Source: Eledone cirrhosa
Lineage: Eukaryota
Direction of reading: 5' to 3'
NCBI GenBank assembly: GCA_964016885.1
Contig: OZ024743.1
Span: 290,160,001 to 290,224,000, forward strand
DNA: 64,000 nt
The notes under the pieces are model-generated. The model had not been told where the DNA came from, did not search any database, and saw only the letters and a program-made list of their open reading frames with translations. Shown piece by piece: positions 11,928 through 22,915 of the stretch. The translations under genes were made by a program, and so were the position numbers. Every line of letters starts with the position of its first letter. Position 1 is the first letter of the stretch.

Positions 11928-12922
11928 CACTCCAACTAATTAGTTTCTGTAATGGGATAAATATAGTTACATAATATATATAGCTATAGAGAATTCATTA
12001 CGTCATCAGGGAGTCTATTCTCAGCTAAGTTCCCAGGCAATGCGCGGACACTAGGAACCCTTATAAAATAATAATTCAGTAGATGGAATGAAGCTAGCGA
12101 GGACTAGATTCCGGAGCACTGAAAAAATTTCACTGCCTCTGGTCAGTGGCAGATTCTAAAGAATCAATCAGGTGACACCGAGGTTAATCAGTTAGGTGCG
12201 GGGTGGTATTATGACAAGAGCCTACTACTACCATGAAACAGCAGTAAATTTTGGCCAGTTTTGGTCAACAAATAATTTGGAGATAAATATAGAGAATTAG
12301 TACATCTACCAACATATGTGTACAGATGTACACTCATGCTAGCAAATATATAAGTTATGTCTTAGTACCTATGTGGTTCTATGCAGGTGAATGCAGAACA
12401 ATTATATGAAAGACATAAAATAAGAAAATTTTAAAAATTAAAAATCAACTTGTCATAATACCACCCCGCTCCTAACTGATTAACCTCGGTGTCACATGAT
12501 TGATTCTTTAGAATCTGCCACTGACCAGAGGCAGTGAAATTTTTTCAGTGCTCCGGAATATAGTCCACGCTAGCTTCATTCCATCTACTGAATTATTATT
12601 TTTATATGGGTTCCTAGTGTCCGCGCATTGCCTGGGAACTTAGCTGAGAATAGACTCCCTGATGACGTAATGAATTCTCTATATATATAGTTATATATAT
12701 AATGTAACTATATTTATCCCATTACAGAAACTAATTAGTTGGAGTGAACATTTTAGTAAGTAAGTTGATTTTTAATTTTTAAAATTTTCTTATTTTACGT
12801 CTTTCATATAATTGTTCTGCATTCACCTGCATAGAACCACATAGGTACTAAGACATAACTTATATATTTGCTAGCATGAGTGTACATATGTACACATATG
12901 TTGGTAGATGTACTAATTCTCT
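11924..12922 (+). mobile_element. Non-coding element C with interleaved inverted repeats
   Basis: 11924-12218 is inverted to 12449-12750, and 12291-12451 is inverted to 12762-12922. Flanked by (TG)n and (CT)(TA)n. Confidence 0.82.
12654..12745 (+). ncRNA. Type I hammerhead ribozyme with extended stem II
   Basis: actcc-ctgatga-c-gtaatg...cattac-a-gaaa-ctaattag-tt-ggagt; GUU site. Mirror copy at 11929-12014 on the minus strand. Confidence 0.82.
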
Positions 12923-12953
12923 CTCTCTCTATATATATATATATATGAATGTA

Positions 12954-13064
12954 TGTATAGTATATTTGGCAATATACCGTATGTTTAATTTAAAACGCTG
13001 TTGGCGTATGGTCTTCAAAATGCTTTTAATAAATATACGGTATATTGCCAAATATACTATACAT
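12954..13064. repeat. Short inverted repeat (~30 bp perfect arms)
   Basis: atgtatagtatatttggcaatataccgtat / atacggtatattgccaaatatactatacat. Confidence 0.85.
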
Positions 13065-13122
13065 ATATCCATGTATACATCACTATTTCAGAGTATCAAC
13101 CCTAATAACTAATTTGGTAGGT

Positions 13123-13194
13123 GACGTATTAGTGTAATGGTTAACACAATGGCTATGATAGCCAAAGTTTTGGGTTCTTGCCCCATGTACGTCA
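13123..13194 (+). pseudogene. tRNA-like cloverleaf (tRNA pseudogene or SINE head)
   Basis: Acceptor gacgtat/gtacgtc; D-arm gtgt-aatggtta-acac (A box); anticodon arm tggc-tatgata-gcca; T-arm tggg-ttcttgc-ccca; downstream T runs. U33 and the B-box consensus are degenerate. Confidence 0.6.
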
Positions 13195-13286
13195 ATGCTC
13201 ATCGTTTTTCCATTCTGTTTTTTTTTTTAACTCCAACTAATTTAATTAGTCAAAACTACGGCGGAGGCTTTATTTTACTATCTAAT

Positions 13287-13655
<369 letters not shown>

Positions 13656-13856
13656 TTAGTTATACTATTTATGGTTATGTAAATACAAAACCTTAAGCAG
13701 TTGTAAGTATTTTACACACACCCTAAATAGTGGTAGGCAGTATTGTATTACTACCTTATTACCAGTAAGTTAAGTAGCTCAATGTAAAAATATCAGATGA
13801 TTTACAGAGCAGTTATATGAAATATAAGAATCAAAGAACTGTTCAAAACATTATTG

Positions 13857-13903
13857 TGCTTACAGCTGTTTCCTCCAAACCGAGGTTTGGATTCTTCGGA
13901 GCA
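13857..13903 (-). ncRNA. Minimal hammerhead variant (CCGAAGA core) in PLE2 pLTR
   Basis: tgct-ccgaaga-a-tccaaac/ctcg/gtttgga-ggaa-acagctgt-a-agca. Inverted copy at 17743-17789 on the plus strand. Confidence 0.75.
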
Positions 13904-15347
13904 ATTTATTAATGCATGGACAGTTATATGACCTCCTTTTCAGCCGAGAGACATACCAATACATATTCAAACATTGATACATATTCAAACATTGTGGGTC
14001 AACATTCATTACAGAATTTAGAGTGGCAGTACACACTTCGAGATTACATTTATATTAATAGGTACAATCAAAAATCAAAGATATAGGTTAAAATACAACA
14101 TGAAGATAAGCGGTTATATAGTGCAAATGTTATATGTGTGGCACGCATGTGCGTCTTGTTTATATAGTGTGGCAGAGAGATAAGTGTGGTAGAGGCACTT
14201 AGGTAGGTAAATAAGAGTGTTAGGTTGGTAGATCTGGTGGCAAATTCTTTATATGATTGATATAGTCTGTGTGTGGAGAAATATTATAAGCATTAAAGAT
14301 AGTGCAAGCATTAAAAGTGTTATAAGTAATGGAGATGCACAGCGCAGGGATGTCAAGTATTTCATGTACTTCGGCATTTTCATGGTCAGGGGAGTATATT
14401 TTTCGATTATATGCCCTTCACATAATTCACGACAATCCAGTTAGAGATCGTAGTCTGGTGTTCTTTAGTTCGATACAGGAGGTTGTTACGTTTCTAGAAA
14501 CGCCATTGAATACCGCCCGGAAGTGTGTGTGTGGATAAGGGGAGTTGATGCATGCGGGGAGGTAACTCTGGGGTTTCTGTATCTAGCCATTAAAATGTGT
14601 CCCAATATAGACCCTAAATTCTATGGTGATGCGCATCTTCCAAGAGAGATTTTTAAAGCATAAAGTGTATTAACTATAGAGTAGTTTAATTAAGTTATGC
14701 TGAAGGTGATCATATTATTATGGCGGATTAACCCATCTTAAGGTGCCGCAAATGGAAATTATAGATGATGAGCGAGGATTCTAAATTAATGATCTCTGTG
14801 GTTGTAGTCTGCTCATATGACCAGGCGCGGTGATTGCAGGCTTGCTTCCGGACCCAATGATCTCTGGTAAGATCTGGGTCATCGCTTGCTACATTTGATG
14901 TCGAAAGATAATTATCCCCAGGCCGGCCAAAGGTCAATCCGCAGTCCTCGCAACCCCTCTCTGACCGTCAGATCATCCATATACGTACAACCCACACGGC
15001 AGTTGGAATGCATTCACCCACTGCGCTCAGCAGTCCGGTCCTACTGGTCAACAGCGCTACTCGATTAAATCATTTTACATCCGTCTAAGGAAGGTGTTTC
15101 CTCTGCATAACGTTATCCAACCGATCAATTCATGCTCAAATTACCCTTAGAGCGGTGTAGTGTCGTTCAAGTGGGTGGATGTTGTCACACCTGCCGCAGA
15201 GGTATAAATGGGTATTCTCCCTGCGAAGGGTTCCAGAGGGATGTCATTGTTTGTGTTATAATGGATCAGTTAGTGTTGGGTATGTAGTATAAGGTGTGTC
15301 TCTGGTGTTTGACGCTAGATGTGGTGTTAGGTTCCAGTCCGACATTG

Positions 15348-16775
15348 CTATATATTGGGCTTAAAGTTTTGGAAGGAATGTCTGAGGCGGTGCTGGCAAG
15401 TTGCAAACACCTCAGATTTTTTGTTAAGTAGGTTACGGTTGGTGAAGATAATATTGTGTGTCTCTAGTATACAGAGGTTACAGAATTTATTAGGTGGTTT
15501 GTACGAGGTCGCGCTTCCTATCACTTCCCATTTGAGTGTGTAAGGTTTATTTTTAGATTTTAGATAGTGTATGTAGCTAGAAAGTGAGGTGGAGTTGGCT
15601 AGGCTGCGCTTTTTGAACGAGTGGATGTGTGAATTATATCTGATTTTGAAGCAGTTAGAAGTGGAGCCTACATAGGTTTCTGAAGAGTTATTAGTCGTGA
15701 CGGTACATGAGTATATGACATCCTTGGTTAGGCATTTTTTATCTAAAGGGCAAGTTCTATTAGCTCTACAGTTACAATTATCCTGTGTGTTAGTCCGCTG
15801 GTTATGATGCAATGCGGAAGTCCGTGTGGTAGATATAGGATTTTGGGTGTTCGGGTTGACAACCCTGGTGTTATTACTTATACTAGTGTTATTTCTATTG
15901 TTACTGCCGTTGCTATGGTTGCTTGCTACAGTGGTATTTAGAGGGTTTGCATCCCGTTGTGATTTTGTTTGTTGGAAGTAAGAACTAATTTTACTATTAT
16001 TGCTGCTAGCTATGTGGTATGCTAAGTTAGGCGTCGTAGAGTATGAGATTTTAATGGTGTTTTTGTTTAAGAGGTTGTGGTACTTATGTCCTAGAGGGAA
16101 GTTTTTATCTAGTAGTGAGAAGAAACCCCTAGGTATGTTGGTGGAGACATTTAGGTTGAAAGGAGGGTTGAAAAATGTATTATTTCTTCTTCTATTTTTG
16201 CTTTTAGTGTTTGGTGTGTTGCTTCCTCCTAAGGCCCCACAGTAGTTTCCATGGTAATGGTTACTTCCGGTGGCACCCTCCGCTTTGGTGTACTTGTGGT
16301 TGCTATTCCTATTATTAGATTTCCTCATGGACATGTTGTGCGAGATGATGTTGTAGCTATGTGTTTTCTTAGGTAGGAACTCAATTTCTATATTATGGCC
16401 GGAGCTAGCTAATGCTTGATTGTAATATTGTGAGTTTTTGCTAAATATGTTTGCGTCATAGGACAGACTAGAGATTCTATTGGACACCCCCTTAGAGATA
16501 GAGTTTAATATTGATCTAGGGTGATTAGTCTTGGTATCTACGTAAATAAGTTTCTCATTAGGCTTGTGGAAAGGTGTATATATTTCTGAGTCTAGGTATA
16601 GTGTGGCGTCTAGGAAGTTAACATTTTTAGTGTTTTTGTCCATGGTGATACTAAGGTTAAAGTTTTTGAATGTCTTATGCAGATGTTTTCTAGTTCTTTC
16701 TATATTAAATTTTTTATATTCTATAAGTAAAAGTGCATCATCGCGGTACAAACCACCGTTGAGGTAAGGGAGGTG
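15348..16775 (-). CDS. 5'-truncated PLE protein: RT motif C to thumb + GIY-YIG endonuclease
   Basis: GGLYRDD, VNFLDATL, FFNPPF, CNCx5Cx5C linker, VIYSC..TYVGST..FKIRY, CNLC..E, LNKKSE. Open to the stop codon; the annotated ATG (16793) comes from the junction hairpin. Confidence 0.88.
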   Translation of the reverse strand, partial: HLPYLNGGLYRDDALLLIEYKKFNIERTRKHLHKTFKNFNLSITMDKNTKNVNFLDATLYLDSEIYTPFHKPNEKLIYVDTKTNHPRSILNSISKGVSNRISSLSYDANIFSKNSQYYNQALASSGHNIEIEFLPKKTHSYNIISHNMSMRKSNNRNSNHKYTKAEGATGSNHYHGNYCGALGGSNTPNTKSKNRRRNNTFFNPPFNLNVSTNIPRGFFSLLDKNFPLGHKYHNLLNKNTIKISYSTTPNLAYHIASSNNSKISSYFQQTKSQRDANPLNTTVASNHSNGSNNRNNTSISNNTRVVNPNTQNPISTTRTSALHHNQRTNTQDNCNCRANRTCPLDKKCLTKDVIYSCTVTTNNSSETYVGSTSNCFKIRYNSHIHSFKKRSLANSTSLSSYIHYLKSKNKPYTLKWEVIGSATSYKPPNKFCNLCILETHNIIFTNRNLLNKKSEVFATCQHRLRHSFQNFKPNI

Positions 16776-17859
16776 TGTACCGCGATGATGCACTTCTACT
16801 TATAGCCTGCAATCACCGCGCCTGGTCATATGAGCAGACTACAACCACAGAGATCATTAATTTAGAATCCTCGCTCATCATCTATAATTTCCATTTGCGG
16901 CCCCTTAAGATGGGTTAATCCACCATAATAATATGATCACCTTCAGCATAACTTAATTAAACTACTCTATAGTTAATACACTTTATGCTTTAAAAATCTC
17001 TCTTGGAAGATGCGCATCACCATAGAATTTAGGGTCTATATTGGGACACATTTTAATGGCTAGATACAGAAACCCCAGAGTTACATCCCCGCATGCATTA
17101 ACTCCCCTTAGCCACACACACACTTCCGGGCGGTATTCAATGGCGTTTCTAGAAACGTAACAACCTCCTGTATCGAACTAAAGAACACCAGACTACGATC
17201 TCTAACTGGATTGTCGTGGATTATGTGAAGGGCATATAATCGAAAAATATACTCCCCTGACCATGAAAATGCCGAAGTACATGAAATACTTGACATCCCT
17301 GCGCTGTGCATCTCCATTACTTATAACACTTTTAATGCTTGCACTATCTTTAATGCTTATAATATTTCTCCACACACAGACTATATCAATCATATAAAGA
17401 ATTTGCCACCAGATCTACCAACCTAACACTCTTATTTACCTACCTAAGTGCCTCTACCACACATATATCTCTGCCACACTATATAAACAAGACGCACATG
17501 CGTGCCACACATATAACATTTGCACTATATAACCGCTTATCTTCATGTTGTATTTTAACCTATATCTTTGATTTTTGATTGTACCTATTAATATAAATGT
17601 AATCTCGAAGTGTGTACTGCCACTCTAAATTCTGTAATGAATGTTGACCCACAATGTTTGAATATGTATCAATGTTTGAATATGTATTGGTATGTCTCTC
17701 GGCTGAAAAGGAGGTCATATAACTGTCCATGCATTAATAAATTGCTCCGAAGAATCCAAACCTCGGTTTGGAGGAAACAGCTGTAAGCACAATAATGTTT
17801 TGAACAGTTCTTTGATTCTTATATTTCATATATTTCATATATATATATATATATAGTAC

Positions 17860-18297
17860 CATAGAAACTATTAAAATAAAAAACCTAAGACCTTCTTAAA
17901 TTTGCATAACAAACTGCCTCGGTGCACTGCAATAATAATTCATATTGGGCTACTATTCCATATAGATGGTTCATTAACCGAGGATCCCCAATGGATAAGT
18001 GAAATACTGAATGAACAGTACAAAAGTGTGTTCACACCCCTATTGAGGCACATGCAAATAACAAAGCCAGAGGATTTCTTTAATGCCACAACACAGTACG
18101 AAGAAATCGAGACTATCAACCACATAGAAATAACGGAGGGAGATGTAATATACGCCCTAAACGATATTAGAACAACGCCAGCTGCTGGACCTGATGGATT
18201 CCCAGCAGTCCTCCTAAAAGATGTAAACGTGCCTTTTTAAGACCACTGAAGATCTTCAGAAGATATTTGGCTAGCGGTAAACTAACCAGAGAGCTAA
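17860..18297 (+). mobile_element. LINE fragment (CR1-group-like, pre-RT region)
   Basis: DGSLTEDPQWISEILNEQYKSVFT...ITEGDVIYALNDI..AAGPDGFPAVLLK, containing the GPDG motif that precedes LINE RT. Confidence 0.7.
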
Positions 18298-18298
18298 A

Positions 18299-18490
18299 GG
18301 GCAGTGAATTGGCAGTATCGGTAGAGGGTCGGTCGCCTTGCTTTGACGCATAGAGTTACGGCCCTTACCATTCTAAGTTCAAATCCGGCCGAGGTTAACT
18401 TTGCCTTTCATCCTTATGGGGTCGATAAAATAAAGTACCAGTAATGTACTGGGTAATTGGTGGTCTTGTCCCAATAGTAGAAACAATATT
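18299..18490 (+). mobile_element. tRNA-derived SINE
   Basis: A-box-like tggcagtatcggtag; B-box gttcaaatcc; core gccgaggttaactttgcctttcatcc..ggggtcgataaaataaagtaccag. Matches 59635-59847. Confidence 0.8.
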
Positions 18491-18542
18491 TCTGTCAATA
18501 TTATAACAATATGACCCCCCCCCTCCAGTATAACAATATATG

Positions 18543-18583
<41 letters not shown>

Positions 18584-18584
18584 A

Positions 18585-18940
18585 AAGGACTGAAGGATAA
18601 TAAAGATCAGCTCGACAGCAGGGTTTATTCTGAGTATTAACAAATGTTTCATTGGTCCGATGTGTCTAAAAACCGCTATCTACAATGTTGTGACAATCGA
18701 TTTTAAGTACAGTTTTGACCGGACCAATGAAACATATGTTCATACTTGGAATAAACCCTATTTTATAGCTGATGCGTGTTATTCTTCACTGCTTCATTAT
18801 TAGTACTCGAGGAACCACTTACCTGGGAACTGACAGTAATCGGCCACCCGAACACCACAACTAAGTAAGCATCTTGTTGAGTGAAACAACGTTGATCGTT
18901 AGAACCATCCACGGTACAGAGTACTCATAACCTCTACTTT
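18585..18940 (+). mobile_element. Older fold-back element E
   Basis: Diverged arms ~18590-18659 / 18720-18792 containing the hammerhead 3' half gaaacatatgtt, a unique 3' tail, and (TG)/(TA) flanks. Confidence 0.55.
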
Positions 18941-19177
18941 ATATATATATATATATATATATTTCGTTTCTGAATTTGTTTAGCAAGATTCTTTATCTGA
19001 AATCGTGTGTTGAAACCGATATTGTTATACTTTGGGAGGGTCATGTAGCCAATAAGAAACACACGCACCAGTTGCTTTCACTTCAATTTAATTTATTATA
19101 TATTTATAAATTTACAAATTTATAAATTTCTGGTTGGTTGGTTGGTTCCACAACCAGATAGTTGTTTATATATATAT

Positions 19178-19222
19178 AGTCATAGTTCTTTCGTCACACA
19201 CTCTGTGACCTCTTCAGTGACT
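19178..19222 (-). ncRNA. Minimal type I hammerhead in PLE3 3' region
   Basis: agtca-ctgaaga-g-gtcaca/gagtg/tgtgac-gaaa-gaac-ta-tgact; CUA site. Confidence 0.8.
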
Positions 19223-19519
19223 GGGGATTTCTTTCTTCGTTTCTGTGCCTTTCCTTTCTTCTATCCTACGCCATTTTGTTTGTGTGTGGATTGCGTGCTC
19301 AGTTTGCGCATACGCCACATCCGGGTGTCTGTGTGTGTTTGTGTTCATTTTTCTATTTTTCTATTTATATTTGTTTGTTTATTTATTTATTTATTGTTGG
19401 TTGGTTGTTTGTTCTATGTGTGTGTGTGTTTTCATTTTGTCTTGTGTGTGTTTTCATTTTGTGTGTGTTTTCAATTGTAAGTTGTTTGTTCTATGTGTGT
19501 GTGTGTTTTTATTTTGTCC

Positions 19520-22500
19520 TTAATTGTAAGTTGTGATGTTGCTGTTCCACTCATATTTTCTATTTAATTTTGGTTTTAATTCTTTTATGCTTACTGCCTC
19601 TGTAATTTGCCTAAACATTGCGTCTTTCTTGTGTGTGGATTCTATTTTTATTTCTATGCTCTCTAATTTACCCCTGTGTTCTATCTTAGCATGTTGGTAG
19701 AGCACAGATGATTCTTTACTATCTTGGAGGTCTCGCCAGTGTTCATTTATTCGTTCCCCTATACTACGAGCTGTCTCACCTATGTACACTATATTTTTGT
19801 TTCTACATTGTCCTTCAGTACATCTTATGCTATATACTACATTTCTAGCTTTACAGTTAATATGGGGGCTTATTTTACAGGTTATACATTTCTTATCTAT
19901 ACATGAGGGTCTTTGGAACGGGTATGTCTTGCTAATAAGTGTTTTTACGGAGGTACCAGGTCTTTCTACTATCTTAATATTGAGATTATGTTTCTTTAGG
20001 GCCCTTCTAAATTTGTAGGCTAGTTCGCCTCTAGGGGTTGTATTGATGAACATTACACTCTGGTATTTATTGCTATCATACCATGAGTTTATTCTATTGG
20101 CCTTGTTCTTAGTTCTTTCTATTCTATTCCAAAATTTGCTCCTATACAAGGGGCAGGTCCCATTTATGTCATTATTTACCATTTTTTCCCATTTGGTTCT
20201 GGCTCCTTTATACACTCTGACTCTATCTCTCTGATTGTAGCCAGAGAACTGCATACGGTGGATGAAGTGTTGTATGTGTCTCTCTAGTTCTTCGGGGTTG
20301 CACATGCGGGACACATTTCTCATCACCCGTACCAAATCCGCAATCAGTATGTTGATTTTGGTATGGTCCGAAATGGCCGCGTTTCGGTGGATCAGATGTT
20401 TGGAAGTCATGGGTTTGGCATAATGGGAATGGAGGATTTGTTTTTGGTTGTTAATAGTATCTAACCAGAGCTCTGTGTCTAGTACAGGTAATCGTTGGTT
20501 GGGGTGTCTACTTGGGTAGTCTATAGTAACTCTAATGCTCTGGTGGATGGAGTTTGCTATTTGCTGGATGCTTTCCATTGTGTTTTTCTCTGGTTCCTGA
20601 CTGTTCTTTAGTGGGGGTGTCTTAACTACGATGTTTATATCATCTACGTAGCGGGAGTACATTATCAGGGTTAAGCTGTCTTCTAATTGTTCATTAAGTT
20701 TTTGTTTAAGTCTACTGTCCCACCATACCATGAATAAGTTAGCTATGTCGCCTGCAATGCTAACACCAATGGCTGCTCCTTCCTCTTGGGAATATGTTTT
20801 ACCATTAAATTTGAACATATGTTCCTTAAGGGTTAATTTTATGCTGGCCCCTACCGCATGTGCAATCATTTTCTTCAGTTCATCGTGGTTTTCGGGTGTC
20901 CGTATGGCTCTGGTCCACCCGTTCCATCTATCTGTGTGGGTTTTCTTGGCCATTGAGGTAATGGTAGGTGGTCTGCCTCTTGCTGGTCTTGTAGGGCACA
21001 GGTTGCTAAGGTCGTAAGTGTCTAGGTAACTATTACTATGGGTAAGCTTAAGTAGAAGTCCCAGCTCACTGGTATCAATCCCACGGAACTCAACCTTGCT
21101 CTCGCTGATCATTTCGACGCATTTCTCCACAGCAAAATCAACGTCAATAGATGGATACAGGGACACAACATCCATACTGCCTATTATGCAGTTTGTTAGG
21201 TCCCCAGATCGGTTACCCGCGCCGATTCTGCTGAGGAGGTCCTCCGTGCTGTCACACACATCTGGGGACATCTCAATGATGGGGCGTATGATCAGGGAGA
21301 GGAAGTAGGACAGTCTGTAGTTACTAGCAATGTTAGCCCCACAGACTGGCCGTGTTGGTGGTCCCGCGACAGGGTCACAGCCCGTTTTATGGTCTTTTCG
21401 AAGCCCATACAACGCCGGCCCGTCATTGTTCCAGGCCTGGAAGTTGTTGGCAGTCCTTTTGTTGGGCTGCATTATATTTGTCCACATCACCATATGGGCA
21501 TTGAGGGTTTTTTCTCTATCCTCATGCTCCTGTGGTGTTACCTCTCTTGTGTTAGTGATGTGGGGTTGCATTGCCTGGATGTAGTTTGGCAGGCTGTCAA
21601 CCGACATTCTGCCAGACTTGTCTGTTGGAAAGCATGCTATCTCTCCATTACGCGAGCGCTGCATGAGCTTACGCAAGCCATTTGCAGATTCTTCTCCCAG
21701 TTGCTGGGCCTCTATTCTATTATGCTTCTTGCTATACTGTTCTATAATATTTCTAAGTTCGGATTTAGCTATACTAAATTGTGTTTCTGTTTGTTCATCG
21801 ACCTGCGACGGCAACTGCGTGCGTTTGTTAAATGGCAAAGTCGTGGCGTGGACTCGTCGTAGGTCGAATAATTTATCGGAGGGGTTATACAACGGAGAGT
21901 TCCAGGCTGCTGCTTTATGTGTACTAGTGTTATTGTTATTGTTAGTTGTGTTGTTTCTATTTCCACCAACAGCAGCAGCCTCAGCTTCATGGTTGTTTCT
22001 ATGTCTCTCATAATTACTCCTGTCTCTTTCCACTGGCTCAATGTTGTTATCTACCCTATTTTGTGTGTCTGTGTGTTCGTCTTGGTTATTCTCTTTGTCC
22101 TTAGTCTCCCATCTCCTTTTCCTTTTAATCCTATTACTTTCTCTTATTTCTCTGATTTCTGTGCTACTGTCATTACTTGTTTTCTGTGTCTGTGTGTTTG
22201 TTAAGATTGTGGTGGTGGTGAGAGGCATTGAATGCGTGTGTGTTGTTGTTGTTGATGTGTGTTGTTGTTGATGTGTGTTGTTGTTGTCTCCGTGTGTGTG
22301 TGTGTTATCGTTGTTGTGTGTGTTGTTATTGTTGTTTGTGTTTGCGTGTCTGTTGTTGTTGTATCTGGGTATGTTGCTATTGTTGTTGTTGTTGATGTGT
22401 GTGTTGTTGTTATTGTTGTCTCCGTGTGTGTTGTTATTGTTGTTTGTGTCTGCGTGTCTGTTGTATCTGGGTATGTTGCTATTGTTGTTGTTGTATCTGG

Positions 22501-22705
22501 GTATGTTGCTATTGTTGTTGTTATTGTTGTTTGTGTCTGTGTGTCTGTTGTTGTTGGGATGTGTGTTGTATATGTGTGTGCGTATATTGTTGCTTTTGTT
22601 TTTGTTTTTGATGCTCCAGCGTAGTTTCGTAAATGATTTTTCTATTTCTGACAGACAACTAATCATATTGACCTTCTTGAATGTCGCAAATTTGGGTGGC
22701 AGAAT
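19520..22705 (-). CDS. PLE reverse transcriptase + GIY-YIG endonuclease (1048 aa from first ATG; frame open upstream)
   Basis: LPPKFA..EKSFTKLRW, TDKSG, YGLRKDHK, RPVC, SMDVVSLYPSI, QEEGAAIG, YSRYVDD, VLDTEL, CIDKKCITC, VVYSIRC..YIGETARS..ERINEH, E..LNRKYE. Confidence 0.92.
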   Translation of the reverse strand: MLPPKFATFKKVNMISCLSEIEKSFTKLRWSIKNKNKSNNIRTHIYNTHPNNNRHTDTNNNNNNNSNIPRYNNNNSNIPRYNRHADTNNNNNTHGDNNNNNTHINNNNNSNIPRYNNNRHANTNNNNNTHNNDNTHTHGDNNNTHQQQHTSTTTTHTHSMPLTTTTILTNTQTQKTSNDSSTEIREIRESNRIKRKRRWETKDKENNQDEHTDTQNRVDNNIEPVERDRSNYERHRNNHEAEAAAVGGNRNNTTNNNNNTSTHKAAAWNSPLYNPSDKLFDLRRVHATTLPFNKRTQLPSQVDEQTETQFSIAKSELRNIIEQYSKKHNRIEAQQLGEESANGLRKLMQRSRNGEIACFPTDKSGRMSVDSLPNYIQAMQPHITNTREVTPQEHEDREKTLNAHMVMWTNIMQPNKRTANNFQAWNNDGPALYGLRKDHKTGCDPVAGPPTRPVCGANIASNYRLSYFLSLIIRPIIEMSPDVCDSTEDLLSRIGAGNRSGDLTNCIIGSMDVVSLYPSIDVDFAVEKCVEMISESKVEFRGIDTSELGLLLKLTHSNSYLDTYDLSNLCPTRPARGRPPTITSMAKKTHTDRWNGWTRAIRTPENHDELKKMIAHAVGASIKLTLKEHMFKFNGKTYSQEEGAAIGVSIAGDIANLFMVWWDSRLKQKLNEQLEDSLTLIMYSRYVDDINIVVKTPPLKNSQEPEKNTMESIQQIANSIHQSIRVTIDYPSRHPNQRLPVLDTELWLDTINNQKQILHSHYAKPMTSKHLIHRNAAISDHTKINILIADLVRVMRNVSRMCNPEELERHIQHFIHRMQFSGYNQRDRVRVYKGARTKWEKMVNNDINGTCPLYRSKFWNRIERTKNKANRINSWYDSNKYQSVMFINTTPRGELAYKFRRALKKHNLNIKIVERPGTSVKTLISKTYPFQRPSCIDKKCITCKISPHINCKARNVVYSIRCTEGQCRNKNIVYIGETARSIGERINEHWRDLQDSKESSVLYQHAKIEHRGKLESIEIKIESTHKKDAMFRQITEAVSIKELKPKLNRKYEWNSNITTYN

Positions 22706-22915
22706 TTGGGAGGCGAACTAGCCTACAAATTTAGAAGGGCCCTAAAGAAACATAATCTCAATATTAAGATAGTAGAAAGACCTGGTACCTCCGTAAAAAC
22801 ACTTATTAGCAAGACATACCCGTTCCAAAGACCCTCATGTATAGATAAGAAATGTATAACCTGTAAAATAAGCCCCCATATTAATTGTAAAACTAAAAAT
22901 GTAGTATATAGCATA

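Larger units (their letters stand above)
13651..17832 (-). mobile_element. Penelope-like element PLE2 (Hydra-clade-like), 5'-truncated, ~1.03 kb inverted pLTR
   Basis: Near-identical inverted arms 13814-14842 / 16804-17832 around an RT/GIY-YIG ORF; hammerheads; (TA)n on both sides. Confidence 0.93.
19095..22915 (-). mobile_element. Penelope-like element PLE3 (Neptune-like) with 206-bp 5' inversion
   Basis: Long RT+GIY-YIG ORF; hammerhead in the 3' UTR; 22710-22915 is an inverted copy of 19826-20031. Confidence 0.92.

Noticed and set aside
21917-22721. Cys/Val/Leu-rich plus-strand ORFs
   Set aside because: Antisense readings of the (AAC)n-rich PLE3 linker.
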